Positions 8,632 to 17,672 of a DNA stretch of 52,307 nt are shown here, piece by piece. Source of the stretch: a virus. Lineage: Duplodnaviria; Caudoviricetes. Location: positions 1 to 52,307 of the IMG/VR virus record IMGVR_UViG_3300034980_000365; one strand, 5' to 3'. Each line of letters opens with the position of its first letter. Position 1 is the first letter of the stretch. The notes below the pieces were generated by a model. That model was not told the DNA's origin and searched no databases. It saw only the letters and a program-made list of their open reading frames with translations. The translations under genes were made by a program, and so were the position numbers.

Positions 8632-10835
8632 AATTTAGTTATCTCACAAACACCACCAGCACAAGCTGACTCACCCTCAAAATTTGTATTGTCGTCTTTT
8701 TCAAAAACCTTTTTAAAATCAACGTCTACATATTCTTTTTTTAGCTCCGTCCACAATTTGTAATTGTAGACATCTTTCATACAGTAGGTAAGATTTCTAT
8801 TTTCTGAATCAAAATATTTTGTTGAAAACTTTTTGCATCTTTTGATCCAGTCTTTTTTAGCCTGACCTTTTGGATGTTTACCAATACCAAGTAAACTATC
8901 ACAAGCAGCCCATAGATTGTCTTCCCATAATTGTAAAGCAACTTCTATCAAACCTCCTACAAAAATTGCCCCATCGCCATAATGTGATACTATTTTACTT
9001 GGAAGATATATAGCGGTAAATGGTGCTTGGGGGTAGTCTTTATCACCTGTGACTGGGAGAAGAGAAATACCGCAAAACCACTTTCTGTTTTTATAGATAA
9101 AGTCTTCTACTTCTTCCCACTCATCGGCACGCACATTAATTGTATTACTGACATTATGAATCAGCCAAGGCTGGGTACATAAGCTCTTATTTGTTCCAGT
9201 AGACACCCAATTTTGTTGAGTAGATTTAACAGATTTCAAAAGCTCAATGGCGTCAATTTGGTTTTTAGTTTTTGATCCGGCAGGAACTTCAATACAAAAT
9301 GAAATAACATCATCTGTATCATTAGCCGACCAAACAGATTCTTCACAAGCTCTTGGATTAATTTCCTTGAAATACTTATAGATTTCTTCCATCTTATTAG
9401 CTTGTACACGCCTGATGTAGCGTTTAGCGTGGTGCGGGTGAATTCCGCTAGATGTGCCTAAAATACAACTCGCCGTACCTTCCGGTTTGACGCAAGTGCA
9501 TCGCGCTGCTTGACCTATGCCAATTTTTTGAGCTATTTCCTTATTGATCTGCTTAACTCGTTTTGCGGCTTCTTTCTGAAGCAATGGAGATAAACATATT
9601 TCATGTTGTTGCATAATGCCAGTCATGGACACACCAATGAGAGCCTCCCTCTCAATAATGTCTTTACTGGTATTTTCTAAATATCCAACATCAGTAAAAC
9701 CAGCTTGTAAAGTACCAATGATAGCCGCCGCTTTTGCCGCATCATAAAAATCCACTTCGTCTTCAATTTTGGAGCAGTTGATAGTAGATAGATTACAAGC
9801 CTGCCAACCAGACTTTCCGGTCTTTTCACAAACAGGCCAAAATGAGATCTCGACACAAGGATTAACTAAAAGCTCAGTGCTATCAGACCAAACAAAACCT
9901 GGCTCGCCAAATTCCTTTACAGATTTCATTAGTTCTGAGAATTGTTCCGTAGTTGTCTCATCACGTACTAATAAAGCGGAATTGTTGCTACGTCCTCGCT
10001 GCGGATTTTCTTTTAGCCAGTTACCAGTTTTAGCTTGGGCCATTTCCGTATCATCTGGTGAGAACACCGCGATAGTAGCCGACCTTCTAACACCACCAGA
10101 AATAACGGCGTCAGCACTGTGCATTACAATATCATAGCACTGAATTGGCTTTAAGCGTTTTTGCTCCTGCATACCGTTGTCCAGAACTTCTCTTATCTTA
10201 CCAAGAGCTTGTTTTAATGGTTCTGGTCCGGGAGCTTTACCACCATGTGATAGTGGTGTACCAGCTTTTCTAATTTCGCTATAATCAAAACTGATATTGC
10301 GTCCACAATATTGATCAGCGGTGTGGCAGTTGTCTTGCCAGTGCGGTTTTTTGGTATTGAAGTAAGACCCGACTAAAACACCAACCGCTTCAGACCAACC
10401 TTCAATTGAATCTGCTATGATCCACTTGCGTGACCCATCTTTTTCTTTTACTAGGGTTGGTAGATTTTTTACATGGTGACTTTGTACAGAAAAGCCTGTG
10501 CCACACCCGCAGAGGAGAAGATACATACATTCTTGAAAGAATCGCGGCCTATCACAAAAGGAGGAGATGCAATTAAACATTCGCATATTGTGTTTCAGAA
10601 TGGGGTCGCCGCCAAATTGCAAAGCTCTTTGTGACCCCAGTACACGACGCTTTCGCATCATTTCATACGCCCACTCAATGTCCTCATGAACATCCGGACA
10701 GTCAGCGTATTTTTTCAACATCATTTGTTTTACACGGTCAACTGTCTCATTCCAAACTTCTCTTCTATTTTTTTTAGGTAGATGGCGAGCATATTTAGAT
10801 ACAAAAGTATAATCTTGAAGGGATTTAAGTGACAT
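8628..10835 (-). CDS. nrdJ: Class II (B12-dependent) ribonucleotide reductase
   Basis: SQRALQFGG, FNC, GGVRRSA, GEPG, NPCVEI, CNL, KPEGT, C-terminal CAGGVC; no beta subunit nearby. Confidence 0.88.
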   Translation of the reverse strand: MSLKSLQDYTFVSKYARHLPKKNRREVWNETVDRVKQMMLKKYADCPDVHEDIEWAYEMMRKRRVLGSQRALQFGGDPILKHNMRMFNCISSFCDRPRFFQECMYLLLCGCGTGFSVQSHHVKNLPTLVKEKDGSRKWIIADSIEGWSEAVGVLVGSYFNTKKPHWQDNCHTADQYCGRNISFDYSEIRKAGTPLSHGGKAPGPEPLKQALGKIREVLDNGMQEQKRLKPIQCYDIVMHSADAVISGGVRRSATIAVFSPDDTEMAQAKTGNWLKENPQRGRSNNSALLVRDETTTEQFSELMKSVKEFGEPGFVWSDSTELLVNPCVEISFWPVCEKTGKSGWQACNLSTINCSKIEDEVDFYDAAKAAAIIGTLQAGFTDVGYLENTSKDIIEREALIGVSMTGIMQQHEICLSPLLQKEAAKRVKQINKEIAQKIGIGQAARCTCVKPEGTASCILGTSSGIHPHHAKRYIRRVQANKMEEIYKYFKEINPRACEESVWSANDTDDVISFCIEVPAGSKTKNQIDAIELLKSVKSTQQNWVSTGTNKSLCTQPWLIHNVSNTINVRADEWEEVEDFIYKNRKWFCGISLLPVTGDKDYPQAPFTAIYLPSKIVSHYGDGAIFVGGLIEVALQLWEDNLWAACDSLLGIGKHPKGQAKKDWIKRCKKFSTKYFDSENRNLTYCMKDVYNYKLWTELKKEYVDVDFKKVFEKDDNTNFEGESACAGGVCEITKL

Positions 10836-10843
10836 ACTGGCTT

Positions 10844-11353
10844 CTAATTTAGGTATGAAAAGAATTTCTTGTTATTCTTGACCAAGTCCATTAAGTCATC
10901 TATACCAAAATCAATGTATGTGATTTTCAAACCATTCATCAACAGAATCTGCAACAGTTCATTCTCTTCATCACTATAATTTTTAATTTTGGCTAGTTCC
11001 TCAACATTTATACAACTCTTTGGAACATACCAGTCTCGAATATTATTTTGCCACAAAAGTTTAGCACAGTTTAAACACGGCATCCTCGTGACATAAATTT
11101 TTGCTTTTTCTGGTTTTAGAGTCAAGTTCGAGACGGCATTCGTCTCGGCGTGGACCATATACTTGTACTTGCCGGGACGAGTTCTGTCAAGATCATTATC
11201 AGAAATTTCGGAACAAAAACCATTATATCCTCTGGCAATCTCCTTTTTCTCAGAATTCACAATTATTGCGCCAACTTTTGACTCTTCGTCGTGACTTCTA
11301 AAAGACGAAAGAAAAGCAGAAGCCATAAAAGTTTCATCCCAACCAGGTCTCAT
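10844..11353 (-). CDS. dCMP deaminase
   Basis: WDETFM, KVGAIIV, GYNG, HAETNA, PCLNC. Confidence 0.88.
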   Translation of the reverse strand: MRPGWDETFMASAFLSSFRSHDEESKVGAIIVNSEKKEIARGYNGFCSEISDNDLDRTRPGKYKYMVHAETNAVSNLTLKPEKAKIYVTRMPCLNCAKLLWQNNIRDWYVPKSCINVEELAKIKNYSDEENELLQILLMNGLKITYIDFGIDDLMDLVKNNKKFFSYLN

Positions 11354-11604
11354 TATCTATTTCCTCTAGAGATATTCAAAACCCTATACTGTTCAGTATA
11401 TTCGTGTCCATTTACAATAAGTTGTCTATTATTATATTTTTTAATAAAATCTTTTTCTTCTTCAGAAAGATGCTCACCTTTGGCGAGACTAGATAATTTC
11501 TTTAAAGAAAAACCTAAAACTTTATTCATTAGGGGGTCTTTTAAAAATCCTAAAATAGTTCCTATTGACCCCCCAAAACCCATTGAGATAATAAGGGATG
11601 TCAT
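11353..11604 (-). CDS. Hypothetical protein with N-terminal hydrophobic segment
   Basis: RBS AGGAG upstream; TM-like N-terminus. Confidence 0.55.
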   Translation of the reverse strand: MTSLIISMGFGGSIGTILGFLKDPLMNKVLGFSLKKLSSLAKGEHLSEEEKDFIKKYNNRQLIVNGHEYTEQYRVLNISRGNR

Positions 11605-11612
11605 AATAACTC

Positions 11613-13460
11613 CTATGCTTTAGGATTTGTAGTTAAAGTTTCTTTCTTTTCCTCCGCTTTAATTCCCAGTTTTTTCATAGCTCTGTTAGCTAAAAATCCT
11701 TTTATACCACCAGTAGCCTGACCAGCACCAACTAAAGCAAGAAGTCCAGCAATTAGTCGTTGGAAAATACTTCTTTCTTCATCATTTTCATCTTGAGTCT
11801 TTTTAAGCTCCTCAATTGCTGGTCCAAGATTTTCAAGGACACCAGATGTAATTTCATCTTTAGAAGGGACCACGATACTAGCCACATTACCCTTCAAACC
11901 GCCAAGTTGTTCTTTAACACCCGCTAGAATTTCTTCCTTGAGTGAAAAGTCTTTGTTGACGCCTTGGTCAGTGACTTTCATAGCTTCAGTAATTTTTAGA
12001 TAAGACTTTTTATGCACCCGCTCAAAAACAATTTCGACTGGAGTATCTTCTGGAATCTTATCTTTAATAGTCTTTTCAATCTTACCAGCAATTAAACCTT
12101 TTAGACCTAAACTTTGCTTTTTGATCAATACTATCACGTAAAGCGGATCGGGGTCTACACCAGCGGCTTCTGTAAATGCGGCGTATCTATTAGGTTCAGT
12201 TCTTTCTGGAACAAATATTAGGTTGGCTTTACCATCTAGAAGTTCTTCATTAGCTCTATTAAGTGGACCTCTAATAGCTTTTAAAGCAATCCTAGCGGCA
12301 ACGTCCCTTGAATAACCACTTAATACTTTTTTTACAGAAATAATTATTGAGACATTTTCCCAATCAATTTCTTCTGATGGTACTGGAGCTATTTCTTCTT
12401 CAGCACCAGGGGCTGGAGGCACATCAGATCCCTCATCTGGTGGTAGCGGTGTAAAATTTGGGTCTGGAATTGGAGTCGGAGTCGGAGGCTCATCGATAAT
12501 TTCACCACCTGGTCCGTTACCAAATAGTAGAACCCCAATACCTTTAAATACGCTTCCAATAAATCCAAATAGTGAAATTCTTCGTCCTGAAGTGTAACCT
12601 GTTTGATATTGATCAGTACCTCTTACCCAAATAGTGGGGAGCCCCGGAATATCATTTCCAGTTTTGGATCTAAACTCGTTAACTAAGTTTTTGTTTGACC
12701 AACCACTATTATCATTTTTAACCTTTATGACATTTAACCCTCTAGCCTTAAATTCTGAATCAGGTACTTCATTTGCTAGAGTTTGACAGCTAGAACACCA
12801 ATCCGCAGTAAAAATAACTACATCTCGTTTAGCTTTAGGGGTGGCTTTAGGTGGGCCTCGTGACCCATGAACTTTCTGTTTTGATTTTTCTAAAGCCGTT
12901 TTAATCAACCCCCACCCACCAAAATAAGAATTATTGCTATTGAGGGGTTCGTCTACAGCCTGTGCAATACCAACAATTTCACCAGATTCATTAATTAGTG
13001 GACCACCGGAATTACCCGGAGAAATTCGCATCTTAACCCTATTGAATGTCTCACCATCACCAGGCTGAACAGTTCCATATGTGACGGCATAATTTCCACC
13101 AGGGTATCCTATAGTATGAACAAGTGAACCAATATAAGGAGCTTTATCAGCTAACTTAAACGAAACATATGGCTTATTACCAACTGACGATATGTAATAA
13201 ACAATTGGACCATCATTTTTGTCTGTGACATAAACCAGTTCGGCTTGTTTTGAAGTTTTTCCATCTTTAGATTTTAGCAACAGAGTTTTTCCTAAGCCAG
13301 ATAAGCAATGTTTAGCGGTTACAATATAGTTCCCATCCATCATAAATCCGGTACACCCCGGCAGTTTCAAGACTCTAGAATCAGTTCTAATTACTTGTGC
13401 TGTTTGAGCTTGTGCATTAAAGCAGAATAATGCAACGATAGTAGCGAATAGTAGTCTCAT
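11613..13460 (-). CDS. Secreted trypsin-like serine protease fused to thioredoxin-like domain, Pro-rich linker and C-terminal hydrophobic segment
   Basis: Signal peptide; TAKHC, IGYP, GNSGGP; FTADWCSSC...GLPT; PPTPTPIPDP; LIAGLLALVGAG. Confidence 0.82.
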   Translation of the reverse strand: MRLLFATIVALFCFNAQAQTAQVIRTDSRVLKLPGCTGFMMDGNYIVTAKHCLSGLGKTLLLKSKDGKTSKQAELVYVTDKNDGPIVYYISSVGNKPYVSFKLADKAPYIGSLVHTIGYPGGNYAVTYGTVQPGDGETFNRVKMRISPGNSGGPLINESGEIVGIAQAVDEPLNSNNSYFGGWGLIKTALEKSKQKVHGSRGPPKATPKAKRDVVIFTADWCSSCQTLANEVPDSEFKARGLNVIKVKNDNSGWSNKNLVNEFRSKTGNDIPGLPTIWVRGTDQYQTGYTSGRRISLFGFIGSVFKGIGVLLFGNGPGGEIIDEPPTPTPIPDPNFTPLPPDEGSDVPPAPGAEEEIAPVPSEEIDWENVSIIISVKKVLSGYSRDVAARIALKAIRGPLNRANEELLDGKANLIFVPERTEPNRYAAFTEAAGVDPDPLYVIVLIKKQSLGLKGLIAGKIEKTIKDKIPEDTPVEIVFERVHKKSYLKITEAMKVTDQGVNKDFSLKEEILAGVKEQLGGLKGNVASIVVPSKDEITSGVLENLGPAIEELKKTQDENDEERSIFQRLIAGLLALVGAGQATGGIKGFLANRAMKKLGIKAEEKKETLTTNPKA

Positions 13461-13481
13461 TTTATAGTTCCCTATTTTGAG

Positions 13482-14096
13482 TTATGTTCCGTCTATTGTA
13501 AAAAGGTACTGAATTAGTGGACTCCTAGCTAGATCAGCAGGAGAAACCCTGTCATCTGCCAAATAGGGAACGGGGTCCATATAGTTCCGTCTCAAAGCCA
13601 CGGTAACGGCTGTGGAGCATACTTTCGCTTTTGCTACTTCGTCGTCGTTTACATTCTGTTTAAAGAGTCTAGCACCCGGAATAAAACGTAAAAACATTTT
13701 CCATATGTTATTCCAACCGTAGGGCTGACCCGTCCATTTAATTATATCCTCGGTCATCGCCTTAGCGACAGATTCATCATAGTTTTTTTCAATTAATTTC
13801 ATTTCTCCGTTTTCATCTATTTCTTCATAAGAAATAGATTTTGCTGGACGAAAAACATCAATACTCAAAGGTGCGCCATCAACTTGACTTTTTAGAGAAA
13901 CTGACCGACCTCCCATAAATTCCCTAAATTCTACACATTCTAGAATGTCTCCATCTTTATGAGCTAAAGCAACGTGACTGTGCAAACCGCCAGTATATCT
14001 TTTAATCAAAAATCCAATTACACCAGACCCACGAAATAAAAGTACATCACCTTCCTGAATTAAGTCCTTAGCCTGGTCATATTTGACTAAGATCAT
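13482..14096 (-). CDS. Permuted papain-like (YiiX/YebB, NlpC/P60) enzyme
   Basis: EGDVLLFRG, HSHVAL (His first), GQPY, VCS (Cys later), SPADL. Confidence 0.8.
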   Translation of the reverse strand: MILVKYDQAKDLIQEGDVLLFRGSGVIGFLIKRYTGGLHSHVALAHKDGDILECVEFREFMGGRSVSLKSQVDGAPLSIDVFRPAKSISYEEIDENGEMKLIEKNYDESVAKAMTEDIIKWTGQPYGWNNIWKMFLRFIPGARLFKQNVNDDEVAKAKVCSTAVTVALRRNYMDPVPYLADDRVSPADLARSPLIQYLFTIDGT

Positions 14097-14411
14097 TTAG
14101 TTCTCCAGTTTCTTTTCTATTCTCTCTAAGATATCGGCAATCCTTGTTTGATCATTAACAATCCTCTGCATAGCGTCTTTCATATCCTTCTGAGTTTGAC
14201 CCCAACTTCTGGGAACATAAACTAAAGGAATACCATCTAAATCCTTTTCTTTAGTGATATGGTACACATGGTTTAATTTTGCTCTCTCGTCTTCAGTTAA
14301 TGTAGAATGTTGTGGCATAAACTTAAGTAAAAGAATTTCACAAATTTTACCAAAAGCAACAATTACAAAACCAATAAGAGCTAATGTTGGAATTTGGACA
14401 ATAGCATCCAT
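14097..14411 (-). CDS. Small membrane protein with coiled-coil C-terminus (holin-like topology)
   Basis: One TM segment; start moved to ATG 14411 because the upstream ATG lies in a terminator hairpin. Confidence 0.5.
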   Translation of the reverse strand: MDAIVQIPTLALIGFVIVAFGKICEILLLKFMPQHSTLTEDERAKLNHVYHITKEKDLDGIPLVYVPRSWGQTQKDMKDAMQRIVNDQTRIADILERIEKKLEN

Positions 14412-14423
14412 AAAATTAACCTT

Positions 14424-14461
14424 AAAAATAAGCAGCCCCACAAGAAAACTCATGGGGCTAC
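14424..14461 (-). terminator. Intrinsic terminator after 14476-15096
   Basis: GTAGCCCCA/TGGGGCTGC 9-bp stem followed by TTATTTTT on minus strand. Confidence 0.7.
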
Positions 14462-14475
14462 TTTAAACACTTAAA

Positions 14476-15096
14476 TTAACCACCAGTTTTTTCTTTGTAG
14501 TCATCCTGTTTAGCATCAAGTGCGCCAAACATGTAAGTCAGTTCGCCAGGAACTGCTCGTGTACCAACCGCGCCATCAGGTACGGCAGTAGCAGAACCAG
14601 TAGCAGGATCAAGGAAGTTAGCAACATTCATAGCTGTAGGGGCTGTACTCCAGTTTGTGCGTTGGGCAGAAATCCCAAGTGGTTGCCAGAATCGTGCAGC
14701 AAAAGCTGTGAGAGTTTTACCTCCAATTGGCTTGACAGAAGCTCTGTCACCATCTCTAACACCTTCATGACCATTAAGAGTCAACGCCGTACTAGTGCTG
14801 TTGTTAATCTTGTTATTGGCCTGATTGCCAATAAAAATGAAAGCTGACTGATCATAAGCGAAAGTACCAGTAGCAGCACCTTTAGCTTCTATTGTAGAAG
14901 CAGTATCTTTAGGTGCAGTTCGCCTATCAACACCATCAGTACCTTGTGTTTTAAGATCAAAAACCTTGGTAATAGCACTGCCAGTTGTAACGGTAGTAGC
15001 ACTCGTGATGCCAATAGCTACGCCACCAATTTTTTCTGTTGGTGTAGTATCTGTGTTATCAGTTGTACTAAGCTTATAAGTTGAAGGAATAGTCAT
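14476..15096 (-). CDS. Thr/Ala/Gly-rich protein, probable virion component
   Basis: Composition typical of structural proteins; own leader and terminator; function is inference. Confidence 0.55.
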   Translation of the reverse strand: MTIPSTYKLSTTDNTDTTPTEKIGGVAIGITSATTVTTGSAITKVFDLKTQGTDGVDRRTAPKDTASTIEAKGAATGTFAYDQSAFIFIGNQANNKINNSTSTALTLNGHEGVRDGDRASVKPIGGKTLTAFAARFWQPLGISAQRTNWSTAPTAMNVANFLDPATGSATAVPDGAVGTRAVPGELTYMFGALDAKQDDYKEKTGG

Positions 15097-15171
15097 TATT
15101 TTTCTCCATGACTGAGCCTTCTGTCCTATGTCATCCTGAAATAAAAGTCCCGTTCCTACATATATTACACC
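15097..15171 (-). promoter_or_regulatory. Candidate promoter GGTGTAATATAT plus GGA-rich leader (CsrA-type sites)
   Basis: Motif at 15160-15171; five GGA within 15105-15156, including CAGGATG and CATGGAG over the RBS. Confidence 0.4.
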
Positions 15172-15172
15172 A

Positions 15173-15796
15173 TTAAGCTACATCTTCTGACTTTATTACT
15201 GTAAAGTCTTTGTCTTTTGTGAATTTAGCCAATTTTATATCATATTCCTGATCGTTATCCTCATCCGTCATGATATAATCAATGAATCCGTCTTTACTGT
15301 AGAAAATGGCCCATCTTTTAGAATCCATCAACTGTGATTGAATTAGACCAAGAATTTCTTCGTCTTGATAATTTGAAACTGTTTCAGAATTTGTATCTAA
15401 TGACTTCTGGATCTCTTCTCTAACATCTCTAAATGAGAAAAGCTTCGCCACCCCAATAAAAAATCTATATCTAGATATAACTCTAAAAGCTTCAATACCT
15501 GGAACCTCTTCTATTTTAGCACATAATCCATTTGTAATATCAAAATTTGTATGTCCCACCCAACAGTCAAACATGCTTGATGGTCTCATCGGATCATCTA
15601 TGCTGAATACGCCTAAAGGGGTTCGAACTTTTGGAGCAGGAAAACCTCCAATACCAAACATTTGAGCTTCTAAATTTGGTATCTCTTCTTCTTCAAATGA
15701 AGAAAATGTTAAATCTTCTGGTTTTTCTGGTTCTGGATGATCGTCCTGTAAAAATTCTGCTTCGTCCCACTTTTCCCATGCTATTTTACGGCTCAT
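15173..15796 (-). CDS. Hypothetical acidic protein
   Basis: Long ORF; CWVGHTNFDIT...GIEAFRVISRYRF looks like a conserved core. Confidence 0.65.
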   Translation of the reverse strand: MSRKIAWEKWDEAEFLQDDHPEPEKPEDLTFSSFEEEEIPNLEAQMFGIGGFPAPKVRTPLGVFSIDDPMRPSSMFDCWVGHTNFDITNGLCAKIEEVPGIEAFRVISRYRFFIGVAKLFSFRDVREEIQKSLDTNSETVSNYQDEEILGLIQSQLMDSKRWAIFYSKDGFIDYIMTDEDNDQEYDIKLAKFTKDKDFTVIKSEDVA

Positions 15797-15807
15797 ATCA
15801 AACCTTT

Positions 15808-16113
15808 CTAAACTTGAAATTCTGACGGTTTGATTACAGACCTTTCTGACAATTCACTCAAATTATCTTGTGACACCTTCATTAAAGTTGTCATAAAATG
15901 TTCTTTTGTCTCTTCATTGTCTATATTCTGTAATATAAGGCTTATGACTTTATCCGAAATAGCTCCGGAAACTATCATGATTATCATTTGTAAAAAGATG
16001 TCAATATCTTCTATACGAAACTCACAACTAACATCTTCTTCACCTTTATTTACATAAAATTTAATATAATCTGTACATGTAATATCAGATTCAACTAAAT
16101 CTGAATTAAACAA
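15808..16113 (-). CDS. Hypothetical protein
   Basis: Co-oriented ORF filling the gap. Confidence 0.5.
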   Translation of the reverse strand: MFNSDLVESDITCTDYIKFYVNKGEEDVSCEFRIEDIDIFLQMIIMIVSGAISDKVISLILQNIDNEETKEHFMTTLMKVSQDNLSELSERSVIKPSEFQV

Positions 16114-16135
16114 TGATTTAAAATTATGTAAAAAT

Positions 16136-16576
16136 TTAATTGTCTTTATCCTCTAATTTATCGATTTTATCCATCAATAATTTAAGTTGATGATCTTGTT
16201 GGTCAACTTCTTGCTTGATAACCTGTTCTTGACCATTAAAAGATTCAATTACAGTATTACCACCAACACTACCACCCATAACCAAAGCTATTACACAGCC
16301 AATATTTTTGGGGTTCAACATTTTCAAAACTTTTTTAGCACTTTCCACTTCTTCAATAAGATCTTCTACTGAAGTAACTCTCGCTTTAAGTTCTGAGGCT
16401 TTGTTTTTTAATTCATCTAGTTCAACAGAAATTTTAACTAAGTCATCTTTTGATTCTTCATTTTTTTCTATTCTATCTTCTAAATTTCTACAAAAGGTTT
16501 GTAGCTTACCAATAGAAACAGCTATTGATACAGGATCATTACCGTCAGAACTCCAACCCAAAGTTGAACCGCTCAT
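16136..16576 (-). CDS. Coiled-coil membrane protein
   Basis: Heptad-rich N-half, single TM (IGCVIALVMGG), short coiled C-terminus. Confidence 0.6.
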   Translation of the reverse strand: MSGSTLGWSSDGNDPVSIAVSIGKLQTFCRNLEDRIEKNEESKDDLVKISVELDELKNKASELKARVTSVEDLIEEVESAKKVLKMLNPKNIGCVIALVMGGSVGGNTVIESFNGQEQVIKQEVDQQDHQLKLLMDKIDKLEDKDN

Positions 16577-16617
16577 ATTGACACACCTTTTAAAGGGGTG
16601 AGGTATGTCCTAAGATA

Positions 16618-16884
16618 TCAATCCTTCTTTTTGTCTTTATTTTTCCGGTCTTTATTGTTGTCCACTATTTTTACTTCTTCAGTTGATGCTGTAATAATTT
16701 TTTCTTCAACTGGTTTACAGTTTTTTGCACACCAGTCTTCTAGATGTTTTGGTGTGGGTCCAGGCATCCACTCGCCATTGACCTCATGACCAGGAATTCT
16801 TTCTGTAAAACCCATCTGGTTACATTTCATTTGTGCTTGTTGTAGATTTGGAAACTTTAACTCTTGACATTTTTTACACAACAT
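16618..16884 (-). CDS. Small protein with G...H...WMPG module
   Basis: MGFTERIPGHEVNGEWMPG, shared with the neighbouring ORF. Confidence 0.55.
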   Translation of the reverse strand: MLCKKCQELKFPNLQQAQMKCNQMGFTERIPGHEVNGEWMPGPTPKHLEDWCAKNCKPVEEKIITASTEEVKIVDNNKDRKNKDKKKD

Positions 16885-16892
16885 TGTTATAC

Positions 16893-17672
16893 CTATTTCA
16901 TATGATCAGTAACAGATTTTTTAGATTCCCACATTTTACAAGACCAATATCTTGCCTTCCATTTTGGACCTGGGCTATCACACTTATGCCTCGCCCTGAA
17001 ACTTTTTCTTCTAGCTGGGTCATCTCGTTTAATCTCCATGTTTGGATCACCGAAATTAACTTTGACTACATTACCTTTTTCGTTTTTAACATAAACGGAA
17101 AACTTTTTGGGTCCATCTTTTGTTCTAAAGGGTTTATTCAACTGTACTTTTCTACCTTGATATTCCGCAGCTTCTGATTTTTCTCCAATATCAATATATT
17201 CAGATCTTGCTTTTTTAACAAAGACAAGTATCTTTCCATTCTTTTTGTATGTGCCTCTTCTTGAATAATGATATAATTCACCACTCTGTGGGTCTTCATA
17301 TATAAAAACCGCCGCGTTTGACTCGTCTTCATCTTTATTTTTTTTGTAGTGATAGGGGGCTTCTGTACTGTGCTTATCATACCAGGTTTGAAACTCATCC
17401 ATATTCTTCCCAGGCATCCAAACTGTTTTTCCGTCACCTGTTTTGTGTTGATGTACATCTTTCATTCCAAGTTTTATAGCCATTTTCATAGCTTCGTCCT
17501 TAGAATCAAAAGTGTATTTATTCATGGGTCCAGCAGAATGTGCTTCTGTTTGTGACATACACACCGCTAATCGTTGCTCATATCCATATTCTTCGCGCAT
17601 CTTTGAATTGGACATACAACGTGACATGAATTCTGTTTGTGATTCATCTTGTCTTTTATTAGGAACTGGCAT
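16893..17672 (-). CDS. Modular phage protein (MP..FMSRCM N-module, WMPG module, RRKSFRARHKC C-module)
   Basis: Three short modules of the kind recurrent in aquatic phage ORFs; function unknown. Confidence 0.65.
   Translation of the reverse strand: MPVPNKRQDESQTEFMSRCMSNSKMREEYGYEQRLAVCMSQTEAHSAGPMNKYTFDSKDEAMKMAIKLGMKDVHQHKTGDGKTVWMPGKNMDEFQTWYDKHSTEAPYHYKKNKDEDESNAAVFIYEDPQSGELYHYSRRGTYKKNGKILVFVKKARSEYIDIGEKSEAAEYQGRKVQLNKPFRTKDGPKKFSVYVKNEKGNVVKVNFGDPNMEIKRDDPARRKSFRARHKCDSPGPKWKARYWSCKMWESKKSVTDHMK

Noticed and set aside
1754-10835. Inteins or introns in dnaB, recA or nrdJ
   Set aside because: Lengths are normal, motifs are contiguous, and no splice-junction or homing endonuclease motifs were seen.
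17138-17458. Same-strand alternate-frame ORFs (17138-17458, 22529-22786, 33077-33301, most of 23210-23455)
   Set aside because: Nested in better ORFs with no independent support; 22529-22786 also runs through the inverted repeat.
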